In this document: positions 35,549 through 48,877 of the stretch, in pieces
Numbering within the stretch: position 1 is the first letter of the stretch
Layout: each line of letters starts with the position of its first letter
Origin: Selaginella moellendorffii
Taxonomy: Eukaryota > Plantae > Lycopodiophyta
Assembly: GCF_000143415.4 (NCBI RefSeq)
Contig: NW_003314284.1
Location: 372,001 to 436,000 of the forward strand
DNA: 64,000 bases
Direction of reading: 5' to 3'
The notes under the pieces: model-generated
What the model was told of the DNA's origin: nothing
Seen by the model: only the letters and a program-made list of their open reading frames with translations
Database searches by the model: none
Made by a program: the position numbers and the translations under genes

Positions 35549-36799
35549 ATGGGAGGAATGAAGGATACTTTTGAAGAACCTGCGATGCCAACTCCTGGAT
35601 TCGAAGGCTTTGAGAAGCGGCTGGAAGTTGAATTCTTCCCAGCAGCCGCTCGGTCCCTCCGGTCGCTTTCGAGGGATCAGATAGACTCGTTCCTCAATGT
35701 GGCGGAATGCACCATCGTCTCTCAGCTCTCCAATGGCCACTTCGATTCATACGTGCTCTCCGAGTCGAGCCTCTTCATCTATCCCCACCGGATCGTCATC
35801 AAGACCTGCGGCACCACCCGGCTGCTCAAGGCTCTTCCAAAACTTCTGGCAGTGGCTGCTAGCATCGGCCTGGCTCGAGTTGTACGTTGCAAGTATACGC
35901 GGGGCAGCTTTCTCTTCCCCGAAGTCCAGCCTTTCCCACATCACAGCTTTGACGAGGAGGTCCGCACACTGGACGAGCACTTTGGAAGCCTCCACAGCAG
36001 CAAGCACGTCGTTATGGGCGACGATCGCCAGAAGTGGCATGTCTACGTTGCTTCGGAGAGCAAGTCTGATCGAGCTGGTGAAGCCGTGTCCAAGTCGAGC
36101 AACACGATCTACACGCTCGAGGTCTGCATGACGGAGCTGGACAAATCCGTTGCGAGGAGCTTCTTCAAGTCGGCGTCCATTGTCACCGGTGAGGACATGA
36201 CCAGAGCATCCGGTATCAACTCCATCCTGCCCCGCTCTCAAATCTGCGACTTCGCCTTTGATCCTTGCGGCTACTCGATGAACGGACTCGAGAATGGAGC
36301 TCACTCCACAATTCACATCACTCCCGAGGACGGCTTCAGCTATGCCAGCTTCGAGTGCATGGGCTACGATCCAGCAAAAACCGGCCTGAATGCGCTCATC
36401 GACCGCGTTCTCCGATGCTTCAAGCCGGGATTCTTCAGTGTCTGTGTTCATGCTGCGCCTCCTGTTTCTACGGATTCGGTCACTTTGCCATTAAAGAGCA
36501 CCGGGTCAACGTGGGACAAAGCCATCTCTGCGCCAGTAGCGTATGCGTGCAGTGGTAGTCACAAAGAGGAGCTTCCAGGTGGGAGTGCCGTTGTCTATCA
36601 TACGTTCCAGCTCGCCAAGCGTTTTGAATGCGGGCCGACTCAGGTGATCGCTCTTGCCGATGATGAAGAAGAGGTGGCGGCCGATAGTTTGAATACCCAG
36701 GATGAAGCCGGGGCCAATGCATATAAAACTGATAAGCTCAGGAGGCCGACGGAGACAAAAGTCGCGATGCTGCAGCCGGTAAAAGCTCGGCGGGGCTGA
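35549..36799 (+). CDS. SAMDC: S-adenosylmethionine decarboxylase proenzyme, intronless main ORF
   Basis: GFEGFEKRLE, YVLSESSLF cleavage site, KTCGTT, FDPCGYSMN, TIHITPEDGFSYASFE. Confidence 0.96.
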   Translation: MGGMKDTFEEPAMPTPGFEGFEKRLEVEFFPAAARSLRSLSRDQIDSFLNVAECTIVSQLSNGHFDSYVLSESSLFIYPHRIVIKTCGTTRLLKALPKLLAVAASIGLARVVRCKYTRGSFLFPEVQPFPHHSFDEEVRTLDEHFGSLHSSKHVVMGDDRQKWHVYVASESKSDRAGEAVSKSSNTIYTLEVCMTELDKSVARSFFKSASIVTGEDMTRASGINSILPRSQICDFAFDPCGYSMNGLENGAHSTIHITPEDGFSYASFECMGYDPAKTGLNALIDRVLRCFKPGFFSVCVHAAPPVSTDSVTLPLKSTGSTWDKAISAPVAYACSGSHKEELPGGSAVVYHTFQLAKRFECGPTQVIALADDEEEVAADSLNTQDEAGANAYKTDKLRRPTETKVAMLQPVKARRG

Positions 36800-37332
36800 G
36801 CGCCGCGGCGCCAGCTTCATACTACCCAGAACTGCTCAAATTATTGAGGGACCAGCTCGGCAGCGCCTTGGAGAACTTCTCAGATGAAGACGGAGATGGC
36901 ATTTTTGATTGTAGCCAATTCTGGGACGTGGTTAACAGATATCTCTGCTTCTGGGAAGTTCTCAAAAATACCAGCGGAGAAGATCAATGGCGGCAGTTTT
37001 ACTTGCCACTGCGTACTGAAGAAGCTGATAGTTGTAGATATCAGAGATGTTGAGCACTTTGTGAAGAATGGTCTTGGACTAGAAAACAGATACCAAGTAA
37101 TCCCAGCAGTTCTTTTAATGAGATATGCTTTGTTACTCTTGCCTGCAAGCAGGTTAGGAGGGAAACAAGAACGAAGGAAAAAGAAAATTTGCTCATACAG
37201 ACCAGATCTTATATCACAAAAGAATGATACAAAGCAATCTCTCTACAACTACAAAATCTTTTTCCAGATAATCACAAGCAGAAAAATAACTCTTGACTTT
37301 CACGCAATGCAAGGCTCAGAGAGTGAAATACC

Positions 37333-40300
37333 TCAACAAGCGAGTGGCGACAGAGTTAATTGAGATGGTCGAAGAGCAAGTTGCACGGCTTCTTGAACTT
37401 TCTTACTGCGACGGCACACATCGGAGATTTCTTCCAGGGAGGGTGTCACGGTAGATTGTTCTGCACCGGAACCGGCTAGAGATACAGCCTGCAAAAATGA
37501 TGCTTTCTCGTTGTCCGTCACTATGGACGAAGGAACCAGCGTTGCAGCGTCTTGTGCCCAGGAGGCAACTTTCTGGCCGTATAAGCGTGCGAGTGACAGG
37601 ATGACGCTAATCACCTGAAAGTTCCATACGTCAGTCATGACATCACTCAGCTGAGCAGTTACCTCGTCCAGGCGCGACGTGGGAAGGGCACCAGCGAGTG
37701 CTGCTATTAAAACCCGCGTTAACGCAGGGCCACGGGGGAGTAAAGCGTTATCTATATAAAGCTGAAAAGGTTTTCCACCAGGTGAATTACAAAGTTCAAT
37801 GACATCTTTCAGGAATGTCAAGATAGATCTGCAAGCTTCCCTGCAGAAAAGCATCACACGAGGTATCAAAACAAGAATAAGAAACTCACCGATGCTGTAT
37901 GGTTATTCCCGTAATTGCGCAGTCAAGCAAAGGCCCAAATACAGCTTCCATCGGTACAAGAAGGTGAGGACAGTATCTTATGCACCTTGAACCCAATAGG
38001 AAGCAATCGTCCGCTAAATCTGGCATCTCAGTAAAATCCTGAGATGTATAAAACAAAACCGTTAAAAGTTGATAGAAAAGTACTGAGAAGCAAACCTTGA
38101 TGCTCTTTAACAAGCTCAGCGTTTTCATAAATAAAACAGAAATAAGATTGCTTAGATATACAGCACAATTCGGATCGGCTCCAAACACCTGCAAAAGAAG
38201 GAAGGAAAAAAAAAAAAAAAAGAGTGTTAAGCTGCAACCAAATTATAAACAAATGTTACCTTGATAGCTTCACTAGCAAGATAGAGAAAGCATGGGTGAT
38301 TGTGTTCCTGAAACAGGTGTTGGATTTTTCCAAGCATAGGTCCCATGCTAGATAGCATCGCTTTTCCACAGCTTCTGACCTGTTGCAACGCAGTACAGGA
38401 GTTAACACAGAAATGAAAGTTTCGACCCACCGCATATTTGCACGCTCTGCAAAGCCTTTCCATCGTACGAACGTCTGCAGCTTTCCTGTAACATTTGGTG
38501 ACTTAACAGGAACTGAAATAAAAAAGACGATGTACGAACTGTGAAAAAACGGTTTCCAGTATTGGCCACATGCCACTAAACATCATTGCTAATGGCTCCG
38601 GTTGTGTTACGTATCTACACAGAAATTATTAGAAATGCCTGAACACTGTGAAGATTTAACCTGTAAATGTTGGCAAGTTTATCGATGAGTATGGTGTATT
38701 GACTTGAGGTTGTGTCCGTACCCGCTTGAGAAATCAAAATGAGTTGCTGCGAATAACAATTAAAAAAAATATAATTAGTGCCTTGCCCGACATACCTGAA
38801 GCGGCGTGATTACTGGATAGCAAAGATGCTGCAAGGCCTGAAACAGCTGCTCCGGAGGCAAGGCGCTCACAACCATACTGAGATAATCAAGGATAAGCAG
38901 AGTGTATAGGACAACACGGACAACACTGACGATTACCTGAGACCTTCCACCAGTTGCAATTCACCTTCAGAATCTAGAAGAAATTTCTTTTTGTCTTCTC
39001 CAGACATTACCTGACGAAAAACAGCAAGAAGAGATTCTATCGATCCAGTCAACTGCGTCCTGCAAGCTGCAATTAAGTCATTTTAGAGGCATTGCACTGT
39101 AAGTAACATCAGTACCATCGCAAACATGTTTCAAGGCCAGTGCGGCTGCTGCTGCCGGACTCTCACCAACACAAAGGGCGCCTATAAGCATTTCAAGCAA
39201 CGTTGGAAGAAGAGTTTTAGAACTTTGAAACGCTCCTAGCCAGTCCGCAAAAGCTCCAACAGTCAAACATGCTGCATTCTCACAAATTATAATCAAAATC
39301 AAGTGAAAAAGATTTCGAGGGAACTTGTCTTACATGTGTAAAGCACCTCCGGTACTGTTGGCAGTTGAGGTAACAGAGTCATAACCTGTACATGTGATTA
39401 GCTTCAGACCTCATCCGAACTCATCTAAACCCACCGTTGGCATTAGAGTTGATTCCGAAAGAGATACAGTCTTCGCTATTGCGCGGATGCAGTATAGTAA
39501 AGCTTCTGTAGGTCGCCAATTCCATTCGTTCTTGTCTGCCGGAATGCTGACTTTTGTTAAAGGTTCTGCTAGAAGTCCAAGAGTTTCTTGACCACCAAGG
39601 ACAACAGTGACGTCTATCAACATGTGTGCAACATCTGATGAGAAAAGTAATCAGGATTGCTAGAAGTAACTCCAGAAAAAAAAAATTTATAAAAATTACC
39701 TGCTCGAGTTTCACGAAAATCCGCATCTTCACCTCTTCGCCATGACTTAAAATCGGGTGGATAAGCGACATGGGAACTAACCTGCAAAATATGCTTCTAA
39801 AACAAATGTAAAAAATAAAAGAGCCATTACCAAAGACACCAGTAGTCTGTAGTAAGGACGAAAAATAGCGAGGCGACGTTCCCTTTCTGCTTCGCCAGCT
39901 GCCTCGCTGCCGAAGGCACTATAGTTCTCTCTGTGATTATTAAATTTAGTCGGTTTACGATACATAAACGCAACAAACCTTTTTGTTAAAGCTCGACTAA
40001 GTCGATGCCAGAAATTAAACGTCATTGAAGAAATAGGATAATCCGGATGCGATGTAACCTCAACTAAGGCTTCCACTATCATTATAGCTTCATTTGTACC
40101 TGGTAATCAGCTAATAAGTAAAGGTATGCTTAAGATATTCCTTTTACCACTCGCTATAAGTCCAACATAAGCTTCTCCCATTTCTGCAAACAAATACGCT
40201 ATTCCTTTGACAGTCTCGTCATCCTAAAACTTAATGTTAGCAATGCAGTATTCTCACCACAATGCTACCTCATCGGTTTCGTCTATAGCTGTAGCGCCAC

Positions 40301-41678
40301 CATTTTCTTTAGCTTGCTTCTCAGACACAGCAGACTGCGTTTAAGAAAATCACTAAAATAGAACAAAAGAGCCATAGAATGGGACTAATCACCTTCAGTG
40401 CAACTGCAAACCGAGGACGCAGGCCCATAACGCAGGGGACCAGTATTTGCACCAAAGGCATATGAACAGCCACATCTTCCGGACATCCAGTTATCGTGTA
40501 GCGTATTAGCTCAGAAACGGCTGCAACTTTGACAAAGTAAGGCCCAGCTGATTTAATAAAAGCCTTTACCATCAACTGCAGCAACAAAGTTTTGTTCAGA
40601 CTGCAGAGAAGAAAGCGCTGTTTGAACAAGAGGGTGCAATGCTAGCACATTCGCAGGAATCCTGTATGAAAACATTAACTTTAAAGGCATCTCATCATTT
40701 ATACATCCATACCCGTTGCTAAGTCGAAGCCAAGCAGCCAATGCTTCTAAAACCTGCGCATATAAACAAACTCGTTATAACAAAATGACAGCCTATGTTA
40801 CCGAACCTGTTCTCGGAGTCCGTCAGAGCTTCTTAAGCACGAACCGAGCAACGCAAAGGCGTCTTGTACAGACATCGCTAATTCCTTCTGGAATTGGCGT
40901 CTTCTTTCCGGCCGGGCAGTGACTTTGGTACCGTAAGCTTCCTGCAAGATGAAAGTTGTGACTAGCTGAAACGGCTGAATGCGCAAGTGGCGTGACAGAC
41001 TTGAGGTAACACAGCTAGCAGCTCCAACAAGCTCAGAGCGGCGTTGGGATTAGAGCCGAGCTCAAGTCCCAACCACTTCACCACTCCAACTCCACCCCAT
41101 TCTTCCGAAGGCATGTGTATGGCCAAGGCAGCCATCGCCAAACACAGCTGAAGTGAGAGGTTAGAATGGGAAAAAAAAGGAACGAAAATCCATACCTGTG
41201 TTCTCACAAGCGGTGGACCTTGATTAAATTTTACAAGCAGATTCTACACGAAAAAAAATTACAGAAAATGGGAGAGAAAGATTTTTTTTTTACAGATACC
41301 ATGAGCGACGATCGCAAAGACGCAGGAGCTCCGGATGGAAGATCCTCAAAGTCACGTTCGATCTGACAAATCCCCAGTTAAGATCAAAGCCCTTCCGACG
41401 AGAATGCAATCAAAGTAACCTTCGTTCGAAGCGTTTGAGCACAGAAATACGACACCTCCAGGCTGCTGCTTGGATCATGTAGCAAACTATCCGAGAGCTG
41501 CAGGGAAGGAAGAACACATCCACATTGCAAAAACACTCCGACAAATCGATATTACCCCCCACGCATCCATTCCGTGCTGGAAATCGTCGAGCCATCGATT
41601 CGCGTTGGAATGAACCTCCGGATCGGGGTGATGATACAGCGCCTGGAGCGCCTCTTGGAGCGTCTCGCGCAGTCCCAT
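37333..41678 (-). CDS. MOS14: Transportin-SR/TNPO3 (importin-beta family), many short exons
   Basis: LQEALQALYHHPD..ANRWLDDFQ..DAW, FCAQTLRTK, ERLCRACKYA, HPCFLYLASE, PDLADDCFLL, ITIQHREAC. Confidence 0.88.
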
Positions 41679-41750
41679 TCCGCGAGCCCTAGCTTTCTCC
41701 TTCCTCTCTCTCTCTCTCCCTCGTCTCGCTTAAAACCCTACTAAAGATCC

Positions 41751-42837
41751 ATGGCATATTCTCGCTTTAGGCCGCCTCTATTTCTTGGCCTCATGGCCTC
41801 GGAGAAGAGGGTTTCCACAGTGGTGAGCGCACGCGCAGGATCGATCGTCCCCTCCGTCTTCTCCGATCTAGCTCTCGGCACCGATGGCCCCTGCCGCGAT
41901 TCCCAGCGCCTCAATGCGATCCTCTTCATGGGGGATCGCGTCAAGCACATTGATTGCTGCCTCAGCCCCACCGTGGAGTGCCTCTCCAAGATCAGGAACG
42001 TCGGCCCCGTGATCGCGCGCAAGCTAGGGCCCCGGGCGGATGTCTGGGTCGTGGAGGCGCCCCGATTCGCGTGGAATTCCATGGCCTGCTACGATTGTTT
42101 TCTTCCTCACCTCAATCCATGGGGGAACCCGCATTCGTATGATCCTCGCGGTCTCCCAGCGGCCGCGACGACGATCAGCGTTCTCAAAGACGTCGCCTCT
42201 CAGGTAAGATACACTCGAAGAACTTTGAGAGAATTCGTTGGTTTTGTAGGTGAACGGGCAGCTTGAGCGTTCCAAAGGGAGGAAGCGAATGGAATCACGC
42301 GCTACTTCTAGCCTGGGAAAGCACAGGACGATCGTCATGGGGTTTAGCAAAGGTGGTGTGGTTTTAAACCAGCTCATGGCGGAGCTAGCGCACTTACACG
42401 GCCCGGATCACAAGACGCGCTCGGAGAAAGAAAAAGAGGTGGAGCTTGGCGAGTTTGCATCGATTCCTCGTACCAGCGAAGAGTTCCTGGACAGCATCGA
42501 GCAGTTCCACTACATTGACGTCGGGATGAACGAGTGCGGCGCTTACACCACGGACGACAGTGTCTTGGAAGAGATCGCAAAGGTTGCGAGGCTCCGGGAC
42601 TCCGGCCTCACGGTTTTCATGCACGGAACACCACGCCAATGGAGCGATCCAAACAGAGGGTGGATCTCCGCGGAGAAAGACCAGTGCATCCGGCAGCTTA
42701 GAGAAGCTGGAAGAAAGTTTGCTGCTAATGGAAAGCTCAGGGTGGAAGAAAAAACGTACTTTGCAGACGAAGAGCCCAGTCTCGACATGCACTTTTCAAT
42801 CCTGGAAGCGTTTGATCTCTCCGTTCCGGATCTGTAA
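41751..42837 (+). CDS. C2orf69/UPF0565-like protein, 2 exons (intron 42204-42249)
   Basis: GFSKGGVVLNQL, FHYIDVG, HGTPRQWSDPNRGWI..EK, YF..EPSLDMHF. Confidence 0.8.
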
Positions 42838-42863
42838 GTAGCGAGGAGTTTCGAGCATTGCGT

Positions 42864-44123
42864 TTAGAGCAAGCCTTTCTCTTGCAGGCTAGCAACCGTG
42901 TCCACCAGCATCTTCTCGTAGGGGATGAACTCCTTGATGAGGGACAGGATCTTCTTGTTCGACATCTTCTTGAATGAATTGCCTTGAGTGGTCTCACCTT
43001 CACACCTGCAAGAAAAATATGTTCTTGATCATGGAAGAACGAGAAGAAATGGCTTACTGGTCTGGGTACGAGTACTGTGGGAAGTTCTCCTTGAGAGCGT
43101 CGATCATCTCCTTGCAAAGCTTGGAGCATGCAATACAGATGTAGCGGCCAGAGGCGTTGGGATCCTCGTAGCCGGCAATGTGTGCCTCGGCAACATCTCG
43201 CACGTCCACTAGTCCAAAGTATGTGTTCGGGTAGCTGGTTTTCGAGCCTGCGCAAGAACAGAGTTTCCTTCTTTGTAAGAAGGAAGAAAAGTCTGTGCGT
43301 TGACATACCATTCATCAGAATTGCCACGAGTCCAACGCTGGCGTTGATCTTGGATTGCAAGATGGGGCCAAGCACCACAACCGGGCAGATGACAACAACA
43401 TGGATCCCAAACTCGTCGCCAAGTTTGCTAACGAGCTTCTCCGACTCGGTTTTAGCAAGCCTGTACCAATCCTGGAAGAAAACTCGTGACAAGTTTAGAG
43501 GCTTTTGAAAACAAGATCCAGCGTTTTCTCTTCTTTTACCTCGTACTTTCGGCAGGCTTCAGGATCAGACCAGCAGCTCTCGTCGATGATTTGGTCTTGA
43601 GGGCGATTTGGATCAAAAATTATGGCAGCTCCAGAGGAGGTGAACACAACGCGCTTGATATTCTCCTTGTGGCAAGCTTCCATCACATTTCGAGTGCCAT
43701 CCATGGCGGGTTTTAGCACAGCCTATTGACAGCAGTATGATCGATGACAACGAAAAAATCTCCCAAGAAAGAAGAAAAACTCACGTCTGGATCCTCAAAC
43801 TTATGAGCAACGGGACAGGCGGTGTGGAAGACAACATCGCAGCCACGAACAGCGGGCACAAGCGACTCATAGTCGAGAACATCAGCTCTAAACAGCGATA
43901 ATCTCTCCCCGGCGCCAGGGAGCTTCTTCAAATGTCCATACTTCTCATCATCGTCTAGAAATCCAAAGGAATCAAAAGCCAGGAATTATCAATCAATCCA
44001 TCGCTCACCTGGATCCCGAACGGTGCCATGAACTTTGTAGCCTCGATCCAGCAGCTTGGCGACAATCCACGACGCAATGAAGCCACCGGCGCCTATCACG
44101 CAAGCTCTCTTCCCTCCCTCCAT
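42864..44123 (-). CDS. Cinnamoyl-CoA reductase-like SDR, copy 1, 6 exons
   Basis: [33 protein letters not shown] (YxxxK), [10 protein letters not shown]. Frame appears intact. Confidence 0.88.
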
Positions 44124-44814
44124 AGTCGCTCGCAAAGCACTACAGTGCTCATATGTTTCGTATATTTCACCCGGCCTCGTCCTTTGCCTTTTGTCTGAAG
44201 AGAAAAAGTCACAGTAGACGTCGATGCCAACTTCTAGGAACAGTACACGTTCCACTGTGCTTCTCAAGAGGACGTTTCAATCGCTGCATTGGCACTGCCA
44301 CCACCATAGAATTTACGCGAAAACATTAAGTGGGCAAAAGTATCATCGGGGTGGCCGCCAGGATGTCAATCTGGCAGGGGCTGATGAGAGAGTATTTTGC
44401 AGATGATCTCCTGAATAATGGCAATTACTCTCCAAGCTAGCGCTGGGCTGGGAAGTGGCCCTGAAACACTAAATTTGCCAAAAGAGGGAATCTAAACCGA
44501 TGCTAGCAAGTGCTTCCGGAGATGCCAAGACGCAGCATTGTGTCCTAAAACTTGCTGGCAAAATTCGTAGCAAAACCAATATATCGAGAGATTTAATGTA
44601 AATAAATCCAAAGAAAGATAGTGGAACGCGATGGTGTTTGCATATGCCTATTCCCGGTATCTTTTTTGAATCGTTGGCGATGTAAGATGCCATGACAAAC
44701 GACTCCAGAGAGACGGGTCAAGCACACAAATCCGGAAGAAAAACCTCAATGCATATTTGTGATGAACAACGGGGAGCTTTCTTTATAATCTGTCAATGTC
44801 TTCTTTTGTGATAA

Positions 44815-45032
44815 TAGCGATTCCTCGTCCTCGACAGCATCGAGCAGTTCCGCTATGTATAACATCGGGATGAATGAGTGCGGCGCTCACGAAGGTTTTC
44901 ATAACACCACGCAAGTGGAGCGATCTAAACAGAGGCCACCGGTGCATCCGGGAGCTTAGAGATGCGGAAAACAGACGAACCGACATGCACTTTTTAATCC
45001 TGGAAGCGTTTGATCTCTCAGTTCGGATCTGG
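44815..45032 (+). pseudogene. Degenerate C2orf69-like 3' fragment
   Basis: Matches ~42462-42835 with several deletions. Confidence 0.75.
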
Positions 45033-45069
45033 AAGTTTGTAGGACTTTTGAGCACTTCTTTAAGAGTGT

Positions 45070-46292
45070 TCAGAGCAAGCCTTTCTCTTGCAGGCTAACG
45101 ACCGTGTCCACCAGCACCTTCTCGTAGGGGATGAACTCCTTGATGAGGGACAAGATCTTTTTGTTCGAGATCTTCTCGAATGAAATGCCAGGGGTTTCAC
45201 CTTCACACCTGCAAAATAGAAAGAAAAATCTCGTAACCATATAAGAACCATAGGAATGGCTTACTTGTCTGGGTACGAGTATTGTGGGAAGTCCTCCTTG
45301 AGAGTCTCGATCATCTCCTTGCAATGCTTCGAGTACGCAACACAATAGTAGCGGGCAGAGGCGTTGGGATCCTCGTATCCGGCAATGTGCGCCTCGGCAA
45401 CATCTCGCACGTCCACGAGAGGATAGTATGAGTTGGGGTAGCTAGTTTTCGAGCCTGCGCAAGAACAAAGCTTCCTTAAAAGAAAAAGAAAAAGAAAAAG
45501 CTGGTGTTACATACCATTCATCATATTTGCCAGGATTCCAACGCTAGAGTTGATCCTGGATTGCAAGATAGGGCCTAGAACCAGAACAGGGCAGATCGCA
45601 ACAACACGAATTCCAAAATCGTCGCCAAGTTTGGCAACAAGCTTCTCCGACTCGGTTTTAGCAAGCATGTACCATTGCTGGAACAGAAATAGTTAGAAGT
45701 TCTTAAGCGTTTTCTCTTCCTTTACCTGGCTCTTTCGGCAGGACTCAGGATCAGACCAGCAGCACTCATCGATTATCTGATCTCGAGGTCGATTTGGATC
45801 AAATACCATGGCAGCTACAGAGGAGGTGAACACAACACGCTTGATATTCTCCTTGTGGCAAGCTTCCATTACATTTCGAGTGCCATCCACGGCAGGTTTT
45901 AACACAGCCTGTTAGTAGTACGATCGATGAGAAGAAGAAAATCTCCAAAACTTACGTCTGGATCCTCAAAGTTTGGAGCTACGGGACAAGCGGTGTGGAA
46001 GACAACATCGCAACCACGAACAGCGGGCACAAGCGACTCATAGTCGAGAACATCAGCTCTAAACAGCGATAATCTCTCCCCGGCGCCAGGGAGCTTGTTC
46101 AAATGCCCATTCTTCTCATCGTCGTCTAGAATCCAGCCAAAATGTGGCCAAGTATCGATAATGAATCCATTACTCACCTGGATCTCGAACGGTGCCATGA
46201 ACTTTGTAGCCTCGATCCAGCAGCTTGGCGACGATCCATGACGCGATGAAGCCGCCGGCGCCTATCACGCAAGCTCTCCTCCCTCCCTCCAT
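45070..46292 (-). CDS. CCR-like SDR, copy 2, 6 exons
   Basis: Same exon structure; WYMLAK; stop at 45070-45072. Confidence 0.86.
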
Positions 46293-46451
46293 AATCTCAA
46301 AGCAGCCCTACAGTTAACTCTCATTTGTATATTGTGCTTGTCTTTTTCGTTTCGTCTGAAGAGAAAAAGTCACATTATACGTCGTTGATTTGGATCAAGT
46401 GGAATTCGTGCGGAAACATCAAGAAAACTTTGAGCGTGTGGGCAAAAGTTT

Positions 46452-46648
46452 TTTCCAGACTAGAAGTAGCCTTTGGAACGCTCAAGCTGCCCGTTCACCT
46501 AGAAAGAAAAGAAGAAACACGAATTCTTCGAGTATCTTATCCGAGAGGCGACGTCTCTTAGAGCGCTGACCTTCGTCGGGCGCTGGAAGACCGCGAGGAT
46601 CATACGAATGCGGGTTCCCCAGAGGAAGAAAACATCGTAGCAGGCCAT
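46452..46648 (-). pseudogene. Inverted fragment of the C2orf69-like exon1-intron-exon2 junction (second copy at ~50237-50433)
   Basis: Reverse complement matches ~42080-42320. Confidence 0.8.
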
Positions 46649-47036
46649 TTGTTGGAGCCTGATCACCGTCTCGATTTAAGGTGGGTGCACTACCAAGAGG
46701 AGATCGAAAAGAGATCTGTAGGGAAATTTTGGTTCAAAGCTTCTCTTTTTGAGGAGCACGAACTACAGAAAAGCTCTTTTGGGCACCATCGCAAAAGATT
46801 CAAACAAGATACCGGGGATGGGCATATGCAAACACCACTGCGTTCCACTGGGACACATTGCTGCGCTTTAGCAATTCCGGAAACAGTTGCTGGCATCGGT
46901 TTAGATTCCCTCTCTGGGCAGATTTAGTTTCTTCTGGCCATCTTGCCAATCTGGAGAGCGATCGCCGTATCCTCACTCTGTCTCACTCGGGCCAATGATT
47001 TAGATCCTGGCAGGAGTGGTTGCCATTGCGATGATA

Positions 47037-47543
47037 ACACAGGACGATCGTCATGGATTTTAGCAAAGGTTGGTGTGGTTTTAAACCAGTTGATGGCGGA
47101 GCTAGCGCACTTACACAGCCGGGATCAGAAGGCGTGCTACAGTCTGCCGCAGTGAAGAAAGAAAAGGAGGAAGAGCTTGGCTTTGCCTCGATTCCTCGTA
47201 TCAGCAAAGAGTTCCTCGACAGCATCGAGCAGTTCCACTACATCGACGTCGGGAGGAACGAGTGCGGCGGAGGACACTGTATCTTGGAAGAGATCGCAAA
47301 GGTTGCGAAGCTCCGGGACTCCGGCCTCACGGTTTTCTTGCACGGAACACGACGCCAGTGAGCGATCCAAACAGAGGGTGGATCTCCGCAGAGAAAGACC
47401 AGTGCATCCGGTGCCGGCAGCTTAGAGAAGCTGGAAGAAACTTTGCTGCTAATGAAAAACTCAGGGTGGAAAAACGTATTTTGCAGACGAAGAGCCGCCT
47501 CGATATGCACTTTTGAATCCTGGAAGTGTTTGACGGATCTGTA
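47037..47543 (+). pseudogene. C2orf69-like exon-2 fragment with frameshifts
   Basis: Matches 42322-42837 (..GVVLNQLMAELAH, EFLDSIEQFHYIDVG). Confidence 0.85.
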
Positions 47544-47587
47544 AGTAGCGAGAGTACCAGTGCTTGTAGGAGTTTTGAGCACGGCAT

Positions 47588-48877
47588 TTAGAGCAAGCCT
47601 TTCTCTTGCAGGCTAGCGACCGTGTCCACCAGCATCTTCTCGTAGGGGATGAACTCCTTGATGAGGGACAGGATCTTTTTGTTTGAGAACTTCTCAAATA
47701 AATTCATGAACTTCTCGAATAAATCTCCTTCAGTTTCACACCTACAAAATAAAAAGAAGATATGTTTTTGATCATACAAGAACCAGAAGGAATGGCTTAC
47801 TTTTCTGGGTACGAGTACTGTGGGAAGTTCTCCTTGAGAGTCTCGATCATCTCCTTGCAAAGCTTGGAGCATGCAATGCAGAAGTAGCGGCCAGAGGCGT
47901 TGGGATCCTCGTAGCCCGCAATGTGTGCCTCGGCAACATCTCGCACGTCCACTAGTGCAAAGTATATGTTCGGGTAGCTGGTTTTCGAGCCTGCGCAAGA
48001 ACAAAGTTTCCTTCTGTACATTAAGAAAAATGAAGAAAAATTGTACGTTGACATACCATTCATCAAAGTTGCCACGAGTCCAACGCTGGCGTTGATCTTG
48101 GATTGCAAGATGGGGCCAAGCACCCAAACAGGGCAGATGACAACAACATGGATCCCAAACTCGTCGCCAAGTTTGCTAACGAGCTTCTCCGACTCGGTTT
48201 TAGCAAGCCTGTACCATTGCTGGAAGAAAAATCGTGATAGAAGTTTTTTAAAAGAATCTAGCGTTTTCTCTTCCTTTACCTGGTACTTTCGGCAGGCTTC
48301 AGGATCAGACCAGCAGCTCTCATCGATGATTTGATCTCGAGAGCGATTTGGATCGAAAATCATGGCAGCTCCAGAGGAGGTGAACACAACACGCTTGACA
48401 TTCTCCTTGTGGCAAGCTTCCATCACATTTCGAGTGCCATCCATGGCGGGTTTTAACACAGCCTGTCACCAGTACCATCGATGAAAAGGAAAGAATCTCC
48501 AAGAGAAAAGAAAAACTCACGTCTGGATCCTCGAACTTATGGGCAACGGGACAAGCGGTGTGGAAGACAACATGGCAGCCACGAACAGCGGGCACAAGCG
48601 AGTCATAGTCGAGAACATCAGCTCTAAACAGTGATAATCTCTCGCTGGCGCCCGGGAGCTTCTTCAAATGCCCATACTTCTCATCGTCGTCTAGAACCAA
48701 AAGGAATCAAAAGGAATCAAAAGGAATCAAAAGTCAAAATGCGGCCAAGAATCGATCAATCCATCGCTTACCTGGATCTCGAACGGTGCCATGCACTGTG
48801 TAGCCTCGATCCAGCAGCTTGGCAACAATCCACGACGCAATGAAGCCACCAGCGCCAATCACGCAAGCTCTCTCCAT
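47588..48877 (-). CDS. CCR-like SDR, copy 3, 6 exons
   Basis: [12 protein letters not shown] ... WYRLAK ... LQEKGLL*. 21-bp in-frame duplication [14 protein letters not shown]. Confidence 0.86.
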
